Assembly (NCBI GenBank): GCA_028534125.1
Contig: CM052817.1
Coordinates: forward strand, 99,698,001 to 99,762,000
From: Lama glama
Lineage: Eukaryota
Length of the DNA stretch: 64,000 nucleotides
Direction of reading: 5' to 3'
Shown: one piece after another, positions 48,741 to 61,090 of the stretch
Numbering within the stretch: position 1 is the first letter of the stretch
Layout: the number at the start of each line of letters is the position of its first letter
Notes under the pieces: generated by a model
The model's database searches: none
The model's input: only the letters and a program-made list of their open reading frames with translations
What the model was told of the DNA's origin: nothing
Made by a program: the position numbers and the translations under genes

Positions 48741-48981
48741 AGGGAGAAGCAGTGCTCTCAGGCCTGATAGGTTGCATGCCTAGTGTCGCCCTGAATATTT
48801 TAGGATAAAACTCACTAAAGTTTTTATGCCACTTAGAATGTGACACTCAAGAAAAGTTTAAACCACAGAAAAGGTTTAAAGGTCCTTCTTTAGGGATTTT
48901 TCTTTTGGGTAGGATTAAAAATACCATTAAGATTTTAGCATCTATTTTTCAGGTGCTTAGGCCAGAAGTCAATCTGATTTC

Positions 48982-49129
48982 TTTTTTCCTTAAGTTTTTT
49001 ATTTTTTATTTTTGTGGGGGAGTAATTAGGTTTTTATTAATTTATTTATTCTTATTGGAGGTACTGGGGATTGAACCCGGGACCTTGTTCATGCTAGGTA
49101 TGCACTCTACACTGAGCTATTCTCTCCTC
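48982..49129 (-). mobile_element. Camelid-type tRNA-derived SINE with a perfect 13 bp TSD
   Basis: GGAGGTACTGGGGATTGAACCCGGGACC..CTCTACACTGAGCTAT; TSD TCAATCTGATTTC at 48969-48981 and 49130-49142. Confidence 0.93.
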
Positions 49130-49454
49130 TCAATCTGATTTCAAATCCTGTTTTTAGTTTAAAAAAAAGTATTGAGGAAGCCAGATTTGTCCTCCAAATT
49201 TTGTGCAGTTTACACTTTAGTGATACAAGTATAAATGCCGTATATACGGCTGGAGCAGGTGCTTTGAGGTATTTCAGAGAAAACGTGGTTTCTGTGCTTG
49301 GTGGAAGCATGTCAGATGGAGATTAGATTCCATCTTCACTGCACCCTTTCCTCTCATTCTCACATTGATTTCTGTTGGGATGCACCAGCCGTTATACTGG
49401 GTTCTAGAAATTAACCCGAAATGGTATGGTCTATGTTTCTGAGAGTTTGTGTGA

Positions 49455-49685
49455 TGGTAAGGAAACAGGCTTTAGTCCTAGACAGACTGGCTTCAAATCC
49501 TAGCTCAGCCAGATACTTTGTTGTGTGACCTTGAACAAATTACTTAACTAGTTAATTTGCAGCTGTGAAATTGGATAATACTGGTATGTACTTTCTGGGT
49601 TTTTATGAGTAATTAATAGATGAAAAACATTTAGAATAATGTCAAGCACATAGCCAGCATTCAATAGATGTTTGTTACTACTAAA
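49455..49685 (+). mobile_element. MIR SINE
   Basis: TTCAAATCCTAGCTCAGCC..TGTGTGACCTTGAACAAATTACTTAAC..GCACATAG..TCAATAGATGTT. Confidence 0.8.
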
Positions 49686-49710
49686 ATATCCACTTGAGTT
49701 TGTTAAGGGG

Positions 49711-50339
49711 TGTAACCGAGCAGGACCCTATGGGACCTTCCTGGAACAGACTCCACCCCCATGTCCTCTACCTGCCTCTTGTCTGCAGTAAACCTTTAGT
49801 CTCCTAGGCTTCCCTGAGTTCCAAAGAGTACATTTAATCTGGGAAGTGAAAAAATGCAGGAAAAAGGAAAACAGTCAAGCAAGACAAAATAATAATAGTT
49901 TACCATTAAACAAAGTCAAGGACCTTTAGTTCCTGCTTAAGGACTATAGATAATATTCTATCCTTTGAGTTGTTTTACAAATACTGAAACTCCCACCAGG
50001 TGGAAGACGTAAACTGTATGCTGCCCACAAGCACGTAGCTCCCAGGCCAGTTGGAACCAGAAGGTTGAGGATGTTGACACTCAATTACCTCACCATCAAC
50101 CAATCAGAAGAATGCTCATGAGCGGATCACACTCCCCACAATGCCCCTTCCTTAACCCTGTCTTTGAAAGCCTTTCCCTGAAAGCTTTCGAGGAGTTTGG
50201 GTCTTTTAAGCACTAGCTGCCTGGACTGCTTGCTGGGTGCCCTGCAACAAAACGCTGCACTTTCCTTCACCACGACCCGGGGTCAGTAGGTTGGCTTCAC
50301 TGCGCAGGGGCAAGCAGACTCAAGTTTGGTTCGGTAACA
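49711..50339 (+). mobile_element. ERV1 solo LTR (LTR39-like, laurasiatherian)
   Basis: TIRs TGTAACCGAG / TTCGGTAACA; 4 bp TSD GGGG/GGGT; internal CCAATCAGAAG and GCTGCACTTTCCTTCACCAC. Confidence 0.85.
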
Positions 50340-50472
50340 GGGTATTAGCATAGGAAGACAAAGGAGCGTCATAGTACAAAGAACACTGTGTTGCCTAATA
50401 AATGTGAAATTGTGCCAAGATAAATTAATTGGGGTGCTTCTGTACAGCGGGATGCTATTTAGTAGTTTAGCT

Positions 50473-50652
50473 CAGTGGTTCTCACTTCGGTGTGCATCAG
50501 AATCACCTGGAGGGCTTGTAAAACCATAGTTGCTGGGCTCCACCCCCTAAGTTTCGGATTCACTGGGCGAGGGGCAGTGTCTTAAAATTTCTAAGAACTT
50601 CCCAGGTGATGCTGATGCTGCTGATCAGGGACCACATTTTTGAGAATCACTG
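50473..50652. mobile_element. MER5A hAT MITE
   Basis: CAGTGGTTCTCA..GCATCAGAATCACCTGGAGGGCTTG..CCCAGGTGATGCTGATGCTGCTG..TTGAGAATCACTG. Confidence 0.9.
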
Positions 50653-50660
50653 GTTTGGAT

Positions 50661-50875
50661 TAGGGATTCTCCACCTTGGCACTATTGGCATTTTAGACCA
50701 GTAATTCTTTGCTCTGGGGGGCTGTCCTCTGCCTTGTAGGATGTCTAGCCATTTCTCTGGCTTCTACCTACTTGATGCCAGTAGCAGCTCTTCCTTCTTC
50801 CCTGTTGTGACAACCCAAAACATCTCCCCAGATGTCCCCTGGGGAGGCAAAATTGCCTCCTGTTAAGAACCACTG
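50661..50875. mobile_element. MER20 hAT MITE
   Basis: CCTTGGCACTATTGGCATTTT..TAATTCTTTG..GATGCCAGTAGCA..TTGTGACAACC..GGCAAAATTGCC..GAACCACTG. Confidence 0.9.
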
Positions 50876-51513
50876 GTTTAGAAGAATGAACATGAACCGA
50901 TTTTAAAAATTAGTCTATAGTTAAAGAACTAGGCTACAAAAAAGACATACAGAAAGTATGCATCCATTAATGGAAAATTTGGAAATACAAATATAGTATA
51001 TTTTTATAAATACAAATGTATATATTAACAGTATGAAAACTATGGAATGGAAGGACACACAGCAAAATCATGAAAATGTTATTTCTGTGGGGAGAAAGGA
51101 AAAGAAATGGGCCTGGGGCTGGGTGTTCTGTCTGTAGTGTTAAGTGTACTGTTTTATTACTTAAATGTATTTAAAAATCAAGAGCTTTTTTTTAAAAAAA
51201 ACCCAATTATTGTTTTAAAATTGTGAGTAATAGGTATGTGGGTATTTATTATACTATTCTCTGTATTTTTCTATATTTAGAACATTGTTTCCGAAGTAAA
51301 ACACACACACATATTTAGCAAGTGAAGGAATCATCTACATTAATATTTGTTTCTCATGTGCTGGTTGAAGTGTTGGTTTTAGAGTCAGAAAGATTAGAGT
51401 TCAAATCCTGATCCCACCACTTCTGACCTCTCTAAACTTCAATTTTCCTATTTATAAGGTGGAGGTGATCATGGTATGACTATTATACAAATTGACTGAA
51501 ATAATGAATTTAC

Positions 51514-51920
51514 TGTGTTGGGCCAGGTTCTGCAAGAAGCAGGATTAAAGATGTAAGGACTATTTTTTAGATTTCCCCTGTAAGAGAAGATAGAAAGGAA
51601 ACTGGGAAGGGTGGGGAGAGCCCTCAGACCACAATGCCGGGTCTGACAGGGAGTGAGGTAGAGAAGGAAGGCAGGTTGAGGGGCGCATCCTAGACCACCG
51701 TGTGGGCTACGGAAGTTTTGGCAAGGGTGCTGGTTAGTTGCCTGCCAGGGAAGTCAGGAGTCTCTAGGACTGGGGCTGCCTTTGTCTCTCTACCATGCTC
51801 AGGCATAGGCTGGAACAGCCCACAAGAAGCTTGGCCCAAGCAGGACATCATTTCAGAGCCCAGTAGCTGAGTCCCAGATCGATGTGGTTGGAGATCTGAG
51901 AGGAGCACCTGGGCCACCAT
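51514..51920 (-). mobile_element. ERV-L class LTR (LTR33/LTR16 group) inserted in a MIR (MIR at ~51355-51513 and ~51921-51975)
   Basis: GGGAGAGCCCTCAGACCACAATGC.GGTCTGAC; GGGCTGCCTTTGTCTCTCTACCATGCTCAG; the MIR resumes with GCACACAGTGAGCACTCAATAAATA. Confidence 0.6.
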
Positions 51921-52054
51921 AATGCATAGCATTGTACTGAGCACACAGTGAGCACTCAATAAATATGGTGCTATGAACAACAATACTAATATCCTAATAA
52001 CAATGATGCTCTGTTGAGTTTGCCATGTACTCAGAACATAAATGAGTACCTTTT

Positions 52055-52795
52055 CCATAGTTTGTTTATCCATTCATCGGTTAATGGATATTTGGGTTGC
52101 TTCCACCTTCTGGCTATTGTGAATAATGCTGTTATGACCATGGGTGTACAAAAATCTTCTTGAGATCTTGCTTTCAGTTCTTTTGGGTATATGCCCAGAA
52201 GTGGAATTGCCAGATTACATGGTAGTTCTATTTTTAATTTTTTGAGGAACCCCTAAACTGTTTTCCACAGCAACTGCACCATTTTACATTCCCACCAACA
52301 GTGTACAAGGGTTCCAGTTTCTCCATATCCTTGCCAACACTTGTTATTTCCTGTTTTTGATTTTTTTTAATAATAGCTATCCTAATGAGTGTGAGGTGGT
52401 GTCTCATTGTGGTTTTGATTCTCATTTCCCTAATTATTAGTGATGTTGAGCATCTTTTCATGTGCTTGTTGGCCACCATGTGTATATCTTTTTTGGACAA
52501 ATGTCTAGTGAAGTCCTTTGCTCACATTTTAATCAGGTTATTTTTCTGTTGTTGAGTTATAGCAGCCCTCTTTATACTCTGGGAATTAACCCTTTATCAG
52601 ATATATAATTTGCAAATATTTTCTCTCATTCTGTAGTTTGCCTTTCAGTCCATTGATTATGTCCTTTGATGCACAAAAGTTTTAAATTTTGATGTAGTCC
52701 AATTTATCTATTTTCACATTTGTTGCCTGTGCTTTTTGTGTCATATCCAAGAAATTATTGCCAAATCCAATGTCATGAAGACTTTCTCCTATTTT
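52055..52795 (-). mobile_element. L1 ORF2 C-terminal fragment
   Basis: Minus frame [42 protein letters not shown]. Confidence 0.9.
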
Positions 52796-53167
52796 TTTAC
52801 AATGTATTGTTATATGTTAATACATGTGTATTACAAATATGTACATATTTACATGCACAGATGTATCTATAAATGTGTCTATACTTATACATACAGATAT
52901 CTATATAATGTATGTGTATATATATATTTTAATTTTAATTTTTAATTTTTCTCTTATTTTTTTTAAAAGTTTTAGGTGTTTGATAGGTTTCAAATTAAAT
53001 TTTTTATAGCCACTGAGGATTTTTGAATAAATGATGTGATGTGAAATAAGGATTTCATAACCAGTAATAACCACACATAGGTGCCTCATACTTATCGTCA
53101 GATACTGTGTCTAGTGTTAGTCACATCAAATGTAATCCTTTCTGTAAAAGGACCTTGATCAACTTAA

Positions 53168-53355
53168 CAGTGGTTCTCATCTATGACTGCCGTGGAATTA
53201 GGTAATTAGGTGGAGAAGCTGTAAAAAAAGTGGTATCTGGTTCCCACCCCAGAGATCTTTATTTAATTGTTCTGGAATATAGCCTTGGCATTCACTGATA
53301 GTCTTAAAGGCTCTCCAGACGATTCTAATATGCAACGAAGGATGAGAACTACTGT
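53168..53355. mobile_element. MER5-type MITE
   Basis: CAGTGGTTCTCA..CCCACCCCAGAGAT..CCAGACGATTCTAATATGCA..TGAGAACTACTG. Confidence 0.75.
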
Positions 53356-54237
53356 GCTAGAGAGATTTCCACCATTTCAAAAGTAAGCAACAGTTCATTG
53401 TGTGATGATCACTGTGTATTTGCTTCACTTAGTATAGTAAAAGACAGCTTGTACAGTTAAGAAAAGGAAAAAGAAGCATGCCTCCCAGTATTTCTAATTC
53501 AATGTCTTTCCTTCCCCCAAATTTAGTGATATTAGAGAGTCCAACTTCAAGGATTTATACATTTTTAAAAGAGCTCTTAAATGATTAATGCTAATCATTG
53601 CTAGTCTATGCTATTATCTTTATAACTGTATCATATGCCTCTCTGAAAAATAATGGCAATTATTTTATTGTAAAGGCATCATATCCTGACTCCACAAAAC
53701 GTATTCAAAAAGAAAAATACTTGCAAATGAAATATGCTAAATAACTGTAAACAAGCCTAGAATAAAAAATGGAATTCTTTAGATTGCTGAACTGAATAGC
53801 CAGGCTGCAGATAACATCCCTTACTTTTTTTCTAAAGCTACTTAGCTTTGGGTATTTCACTGTTCATCAATTATACATTCACAAATTCTGGGAAAAGAGT
53901 TAGGAACAGAAATTCATTGTCAAAGACTGTGGACACAGAGAAGCCTGAAGGGAGGTAAGGGGAAGTAGAGGATAAAGGGAGGGATAAGAAGGTTGTGTGT
54001 TTTTATGTCCCAGAGTTAAGCACTGATGGCTGAGATTGAGAGAAGCTTAGATCAGGAATTGGTTTTGATAACAGGGCATCATACATGCCTTTCTTTAGGC
54101 TAGATCTTATAGTTTTCACTTTGCAAAATCATAGTTAAGCTGCAGGGAGCAAAATCCCATGGCTCTTTAGAATTAGAGGAATGTAAATTAGGTATGATGA
54201 AGAGTCACCCTTTAAATATTTCCCCTGTATTTTACAT

Positions 54238-54413
54238 CAGTGGGTCTCAAACCTCACTGTGCATCAGAATCACCTGGCAGGCTTGTGAAAACACAAATGG
54301 CTGAGTGCTAACCCCCAGCGTTTCTGATTGGCCAAAGTATTTCCACTCTAGCAAGTTCACAGTGATGCTGATGCTGCTATGGGAGGGGAGGATGCTCATT
54401 TTGTGAAACACTG
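54238..54413. mobile_element. MER5A hAT MITE
   Basis: CAGTGGGTCTCAAAC..GCATCAGAATCACCTGG..GTGATGCTGATGCTGCT..AAACACTG. Confidence 0.8.
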
Positions 54414-54820
54414 TTTTACGCTGAGCCCCACCTGGCACACGTGTCTCCAACTAGTCCTCATTCTTGAGTTTTCAGCACATATTTCAAACTGATTTTTTTA
54501 TTTGATGGAAGGACTGCTTTTTTTTTTATGCTTTCCTTTGATCATTGTTTCAATCTGATAATCTGCTTTTATTTTTCAACTGAATAAAAAGTCCTGCTGA
54601 ATAACTTCCAGGACTCATATACTTAGATATGAGTCCAGGTTCTAAAGTGAGTTCCTCTGATTCTTCATATGGGTACATTTGATGTATAAACAATAATCCC
54701 TTTTCTAACTACAACAGTGAATTTTATTGTCCTGTCACCTTTCCAGAATTTGGATGATCAGAGTTGTGAATCACAGGAGTGGGAATTAAGGTAGGAAATG
54801 AGGGCTAACACCACAGAAGG

Positions 54821-55160
54821 TGTTATGGTTTGAATGCATCCCTCCAAAATACGTTGAAACCTAATCCCCAGTGTGATGGTGTTTGAAGGTGGAGCCTTTG
54901 AGAAGTGATTACATCATAAGGGTGAAGCCCTCGTGAATAGGATTAGTGCTCTTATAAAAAAGGCCTGGAGGATCTCTGTCTCTTCCATCATGTGAAGATG
55001 TGATGAGAAGTCTGCTACCCAGAAGAAGGCTCTCTCCCAACCACTCTGGCACCTCGATCTCAGAATTTCAGCCTCCAGACCTGTGAGAAATAGATTTCTG
55101 TTGTTTTTAAGCCACCCAGTCTGTGGTATTTTGTTGTAGCAGCCCAAGAGGACTAAGACA
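54821..55160 (+). mobile_element. MaLR solo LTR (MLT1A-like)
   Basis: TGTTATGGTTTGAATG..GAAACCTAATCCCCAGTGTGATGGT..CAGCCTCCAGACCTGTGAGAAATA..GCAGCCCAAGAGGACTAAGACA. Confidence 0.9.
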
Positions 55161-58100
55161 GAGGAAACCAGATTTCATGAGGATAACCTGTGGATTTCAA
55201 TTATTCATACAATTTCATTCTATGAATAATCAAGAGTTCACTGTGGGTATAATTTTCTGTTGAAATTTTCTTTTTAAAAGCTCCACATAGCAGCTTAATT
55301 ATAATCTCTCTCTGCCTACTCAGAGAAAGCTCTTGAAACCGGCTGTAGGTTTCCGAAGCATCTGAGAGTTTAATGTGTCATTTGGTTGCCTGGGACTGAG
55401 GATAAAACATCCAGTGTAAAATGTATGTAGTAAAGCATGAAGAGGATGCAATTTGTGAGAAATCCGAAAGATAAATGGCAAGACTGTAAGAACAACTTTT
55501 TTCAAAAAAGGTTATTACTGATCAGTTAGAATGGGTAACTCCTGTGAAGAGAGGAAGGGAAAAAAACACCCTCAAATGTCATGAAAGCTTGAAGAATATG
55601 TTAACAAAATACTGGACCAACTGATATCAGGAAGGGCGACAAGAAGGGGACCTTTAAAAAATATTTGTGGACCCAGCAGTCATCTTCCCTCAGTGAGAAA
55701 GTGAGGACTGGGCTTTGTGGCTGTCACGTTAAGAGCTGTGAGCATAAAACAATGAGACATTCTACAAATCACACATAAAAACCAACCTCAGCAGCTTAGC
55801 AATTTATATATACCCAGCCCGGGACATGGCGATAATAGCACATACCTAGCTGGGTATTCCTAGTCTATATAAATTCCTGCAAAGCTGTTTGTTGGTTTTT
55901 CACTTTTTTTCGGTCCACCTGGGCTATTTCTCATCCCTTGAATATAGCTCTTTAGCTCTAGGTCATTGTTGACATTCTTTTTTATAGGAGATGTTTTCCT
56001 TACCAGTCTTGATTTATTAAAAATCTACGAACTCCGGCAAGGTTTTAGTCAAATACTATTCTTCTAAAGTTTTTAAAAAATTGAGGTATAACTGATACAT
56101 AACATTGTATTAGTTTCAGGTGTACAGCATAATGATTCAATATTTGCATATATCACAAAATGATCACTATATATATATAATGTGTAGTTAACATCCATCA
56201 CTGTATGTAGTTATAAGTTTTTTTTCTTGTGGTGAGAACTTTTAAGATCTACTCTCTTAGCACTTTCAAATATGCAACACGACATTGTTAAATATCATTA
56301 CCATGTTGTACATTACATCCCTCGGACTTACAAGGGGGAGTTTGTATCTTTTGACTCCTTTCACTTGTTCCTCCCACCCCCAACCCTTGCCTCTGGCAAC
56401 TACCAATCTGTTCTTTGTATCCATGAGCTCAGGATTTGTTTTTGTTTTATATATTCCACATATAAGTGAGAATCATATAGTATTTGTCTTTCTCTGACTT
56501 ATTTCACTTAGCATAATGCCTCCAAGTTACATTCATGTTGTTGCAAATAGCAAAATTTAATTTTTTATAGATGAATAATATTCCACTGTAGATATACACC
56601 ACATTTTCTTTATCCATTCATCTATTGATGAACATGTAGTTTGCTTCCGTGTCTTGGCTATTGTAAGTTATGCTGCAGTGAACATGGGAGTGCATATATC
56701 TTTTTGAGTTATTGTTTTCATTTTCTTTGGATAAATATCTAGAAGTTGAATCGCTGGATCAATGATAGTTCTATTTTTAATTTTTTGAAGACACTCCATA
56801 CTATTTTCTGTATTGGCTGAACCAATCTGCATTCCCACCAACAGGGCACAAGGGTTCGCTTTTCTCCACATCCTCTCCAACATTTGTTGTTTCTTGTCTG
56901 TTTGATAGCCATTCTAAGACGTGTAACGTGATAACTCATTATGCTTTTGATTTGTATTTCTCTGATAATTAGTCATGTTGAGCACCTTTTCATGCACCTA
57001 TTGGCCAAGTTTAGGTCTTCTTTGGAAAAATGTCTATTCACGTCCTTTGTTCATTTTTTAATTGGGTTGTTTCTTTTTATGCTATTGAGTTGTATGAGTT
57101 CTTTATATACTTTGGATATTAACCCTTTATCAGATTTGCAACTATTTTCTCCCATTCAGTAGGTTGCCTTTTCATTTTGTTGATGGTGTCCTTTTCTGAG
57201 CAGAAGCTTTTTAGTTTGAGGTAGTCCCACTTGTTTACTTTCGCTTTTGTAGCCTTTGATTTTGGTGTCAAATCTACAAAGTCATTGCCAAGACTGCTGT
57301 CAAGGAGCTTACAGTCTATGTTTTCTTCTAGGAGTTTTATGGTTTCAGGTCTTACATTCAAGTCTTTGATCCATTTTTATTTGATTCATTTTCATGTATG
57401 GTGTAAGATAATGATGTGGTTTCATTGTTTTTTATGTGACTGTCCAGTTTTCCCAACACCATTTATTGAAAAGACTGTCCTTTACTCATTGTATATTCTT
57501 AGCTCCTTTGTCAAAAATTAATTGAAGATATTTGTGTGTTTTTTTCCTCTGGGCTGTCTGTTCCATTGGTCTATGTGTGTGTTTTTGTGCTAATACCATA
57601 CTATTTTGATTACTATAGCTTTATAATATATTTTGAAATCAGGACATGTGATGCCTCCAGCTTTGTTGTTCTTCCTCAAGATTGCTGTGGCTGTTCAGTT
57701 TCTTTTGTGGTTTCATTTGAATTTTAGGATTATTTGTTCTATTTCTCTGAAAGATGCCATTGGAATTTTGATAGGGATTGCACTGAGTTTGTAGACTGCT
57801 TTGGTAGTGTGGACATTTTAATGATATTTACTCTTTCAATCTGTGAGCACAGAGTTTCTTTCCATTTGTATCTTCTTCAGTTTCTTTCGTCAATGTCTTA
57901 TAGTTTTCAGTGTACAGGTCTTTCATCTCCTTAGTTGTATTTATCCCTAGATATTTTATTCTTAATGGGATTGTTTTCCTAATTTCTCTCTCTGATAGTT
58001 CATCATTAGTGTATAGAAATGCAACAGGTTTTTTTTGTATATTGGCTTATATCCTACATCTTTATTAAATTTATTTATTAATTCTAATAGTCTTTTGGTG

Positions 58101-60715
58101 GAGTCGTTAGGATTTTTTTTACACATAATATCATGTCATTGCAGGTAGTGACAGTTTCACTTCTTCCTTTCCAATTTGTATCCTGGTCCCAGAAAATGTC
58201 TTGATGTGTTGCCTCCTCTTCTACTTTTTGGGAAGAGTTTGAGAAGGATTGGTACTAATTCTTCCTTAAATGTTGAATTCATCAGTGAAGCTGTCTGGTC
58301 CTGGACTTTTCTCTGTTGGGAGGTTTTTGATTTCTGATTCAATCTCCTTACTAGTAATCTGTTCAGATTTTCTATTTCATCATGATTCAGTCTCAGTAGG
58401 TTATATATTTCTAGTAATTTATCATTTCTTCTAGGTGGTCCAATTTGTTGACATATAATTGTTCATAAGAGTCTTATGATGGTTTAAATTTTTCTGGTGT
58501 CAGTTGTAATGTCTCCTTTTTCATTTCTGATTTTATTTGAGTCCTCTCTTTTTCTCTTGTTAAGTAAAGGTTTGTAAATTTTGTTTATTTTTTCAAAGAA
58601 TTAGCTCTGAGTTTCATTGATATTTTCTATTGTGGGTTTGGTTTTTTTTTTTTTGGTCTCTATTTCATTTATATCCACTCTGATTTTTGTTATTTCTTTC
58701 CTTCTACTAACTTTAAGTTTCATTTGTTCTTCTTTATCTTGTTCCTTGAGGTGTAAAGTTAGGTTGTTTGCAATTTTTCTTATTTCTTACTTAAGCATTT
58801 ATTGCTATGAGCTTAGAACTACTTTCCTGCATGCTATAAATTTTGGTATATTTCCATTTTCATTTGTCTTAACGTATTTTTTCATTTCTCTTTTGATCTC
58901 CTTGTTGACCCATTGGTCATTCAGCAGCATGTTGCTTAATCTCCACATATTTGTGAATTTTCTAGTTTTCGTCTTACATTTCTAGTTTCTAGTTTCATAA
59001 CATTGTGGTCAGAGAAGATGCTTGATATGATTTCAGTCCTCTTAAATGTATTAAGACTTGTTTTGCGGCCTAACTTACGATCTATTCTGGAGAATGTTCT
59101 ATGTCCATTTGAAAAGTATGTGTATTCTGTTGCTTTTATGTGGAATGTTTTCTATGTATCTGTTAAATTCGTCTGGCCTAACATGTTGTTTTAGGTTGAC
59201 GTTTCCTTATTTATTTTCAACTGGATGATCTATCCATTGATGAAAGTGGAGTATTAAAGTCCCCTACTATTATTGTATTGCTATTTCTCCCTTTAGGTCT
59301 GTTTATACTTACATTATATGTGTAAGTACTCTTATCTTAGGTGCATAAATATTTACAAATTGTACATTCTCTTTTGGATTGATCTCTTTATCATGATGTA
59401 ATGCCCTTCTTTACCTCTGACTACTGTCATTGTTTTAAGGTCTATTTTGTCTGATATAAATATAGTTACTCTGCTTTATTTTGGTTTTCATTTCCCTGGA
59501 ACATCTTTTTTATCCTTTTACTTTCAGTCTATGTGTGTCCTTACATCCGAAGTGAATCTCTTATAGGTAGCATATAGATGGGTCTTGTTTTCTTTATTCA
59601 TTCAGCCACTCTATGTCTTTTGATTGGGGAATTTAGTCCATTTACCTTTAAGGTAATTCTTCATAGGTAAGTACTTAATGTGATTTTGATAATTGTTTTC
59701 CGGTTGTTTTGTTATTCGTCTGTTTCTTTTTCTCTTACTCTCTTTTGTGACTTGATGATTTCCTATAGTGATATACTCAGATTCCTTTTTCTTTATATTT
59801 TCTGTATCTACTATAGGTATTTGCTTTGTGGTTGCCATGAGGTTTACAAATAACAACTTATATTTATAACAGTTTATATTAAGTTGATAAACAGCTTAAA
59901 TTTGGATGCATTCTAAAACTCTGTATTTTTACCTTCCCCTCTGCCTACATTTATGTTTTTAATGACACATTTTACATCTTGTTATTTCTTAAGTAATTAC
60001 TGTAGTTATAGTCATTTTTACTACTTTTGTCTTTTAACTTTTGTACTAGCTTATACATGATTGATCCACCACCCTTACAACATTAGATTTTTTCTGAATT
60101 TTACTATATATTAACCTTTATTAGTGAGATTTATACTTTAATATGTTTTCTTGTTAAATATTTTGGTGCTCTTTCATTTCAGCTTAAAGAAGTCCTTTTA
60201 TCATTTCTTATAAGGCTGGCCTAGTGGTGATGAACTCCTTTTAACTTTTTCTGCCTGGAAAACTTTAACTCTCCTTCAATTCTGAATGATAATTTGCCCA
60301 GGTAGAGTATTCTTGATTGAAAGTTTTTTCCTTTCAGCATTTTGAATATATTGTGCCACTCCTTCAGACCTACAAATTTTCTGCTGAAAAATCTGATAGT
60401 CTTATGGGGGTTCCCTTGAATGTAGTAAGTTGTTTTTCCATTGCTGCTTTTAAGATTTTCTCCTTGTCTTTAACTTTTGACATTCTAACCATGATATATC
60501 TTGGTATAGGTCTCTTTGGGTTCACCTTATTTGGAACTTTGTGGGCTTCCTGGATCTGGATGTCTATTTCCTTCCCCAGGTTAGGGAACTTTTTAGTCAT
60601 TATTTATTCAAATAAGTTTTCTGCCCCTTTCTCTCTCTCTTCACCTTCTGAGACCCCTATTATGTAAGTATTGGTGTGCTTGATGTTGTCCCATAAGTAC
60701 GTTAAGCTATCTTGA

Positions 60716-60717
60716 AT

Positions 60718-60768
<51 letters not shown>

Positions 60769-60771
60769 TTT
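60716..60771. repeat. (TTTA)n microsatellite within L1 ORF1
   Basis: Direct read, two 1-nt interruptions. Confidence 0.9.
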
Positions 60772-61016
60772 TCTGATTGAGTGAGTTCCACTGTCCTGTG
60801 GAACTCTTTTCTTCCTCTAGGTTGGCTGTTGAATGTATATAGTGTGGTTTTTAGTTCAGTTACTGTATTCTTCAGCTCTTTGACTTCTATTTGATACTTC
60901 CTTATATTATCCATCTCTTTTTTGTAGTTCTCACTGTGTTCATCCATTTTTCTCCTAAGTTCAGTGAGAATCTTTATGATCATTAAAAAGAAAAATCTCT
61001 TTATTAGGTAAATCAC

Positions 61017-61090
61017 ATCTCCATTTCATTAAGAACTTTTCCTGAGATTATATCTCCATTTCATTAAGAACTTTTCCTGAGATTATATCT
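61017..61090. repeat. Perfect 35 bp tandem duplication
   Basis: ATCTCCATTTCATTAAGAACTTTTCCTGAGATTAT x2 + ATCT. Confidence 0.95.

Noticed and set aside
56272..61016. Many 60-120 aa ORFs suggesting an active L1
   Set aside because: Fragmented by stops and frameshifts with an RT-region deletion; the plus-strand ORFs are antisense L1 translations.
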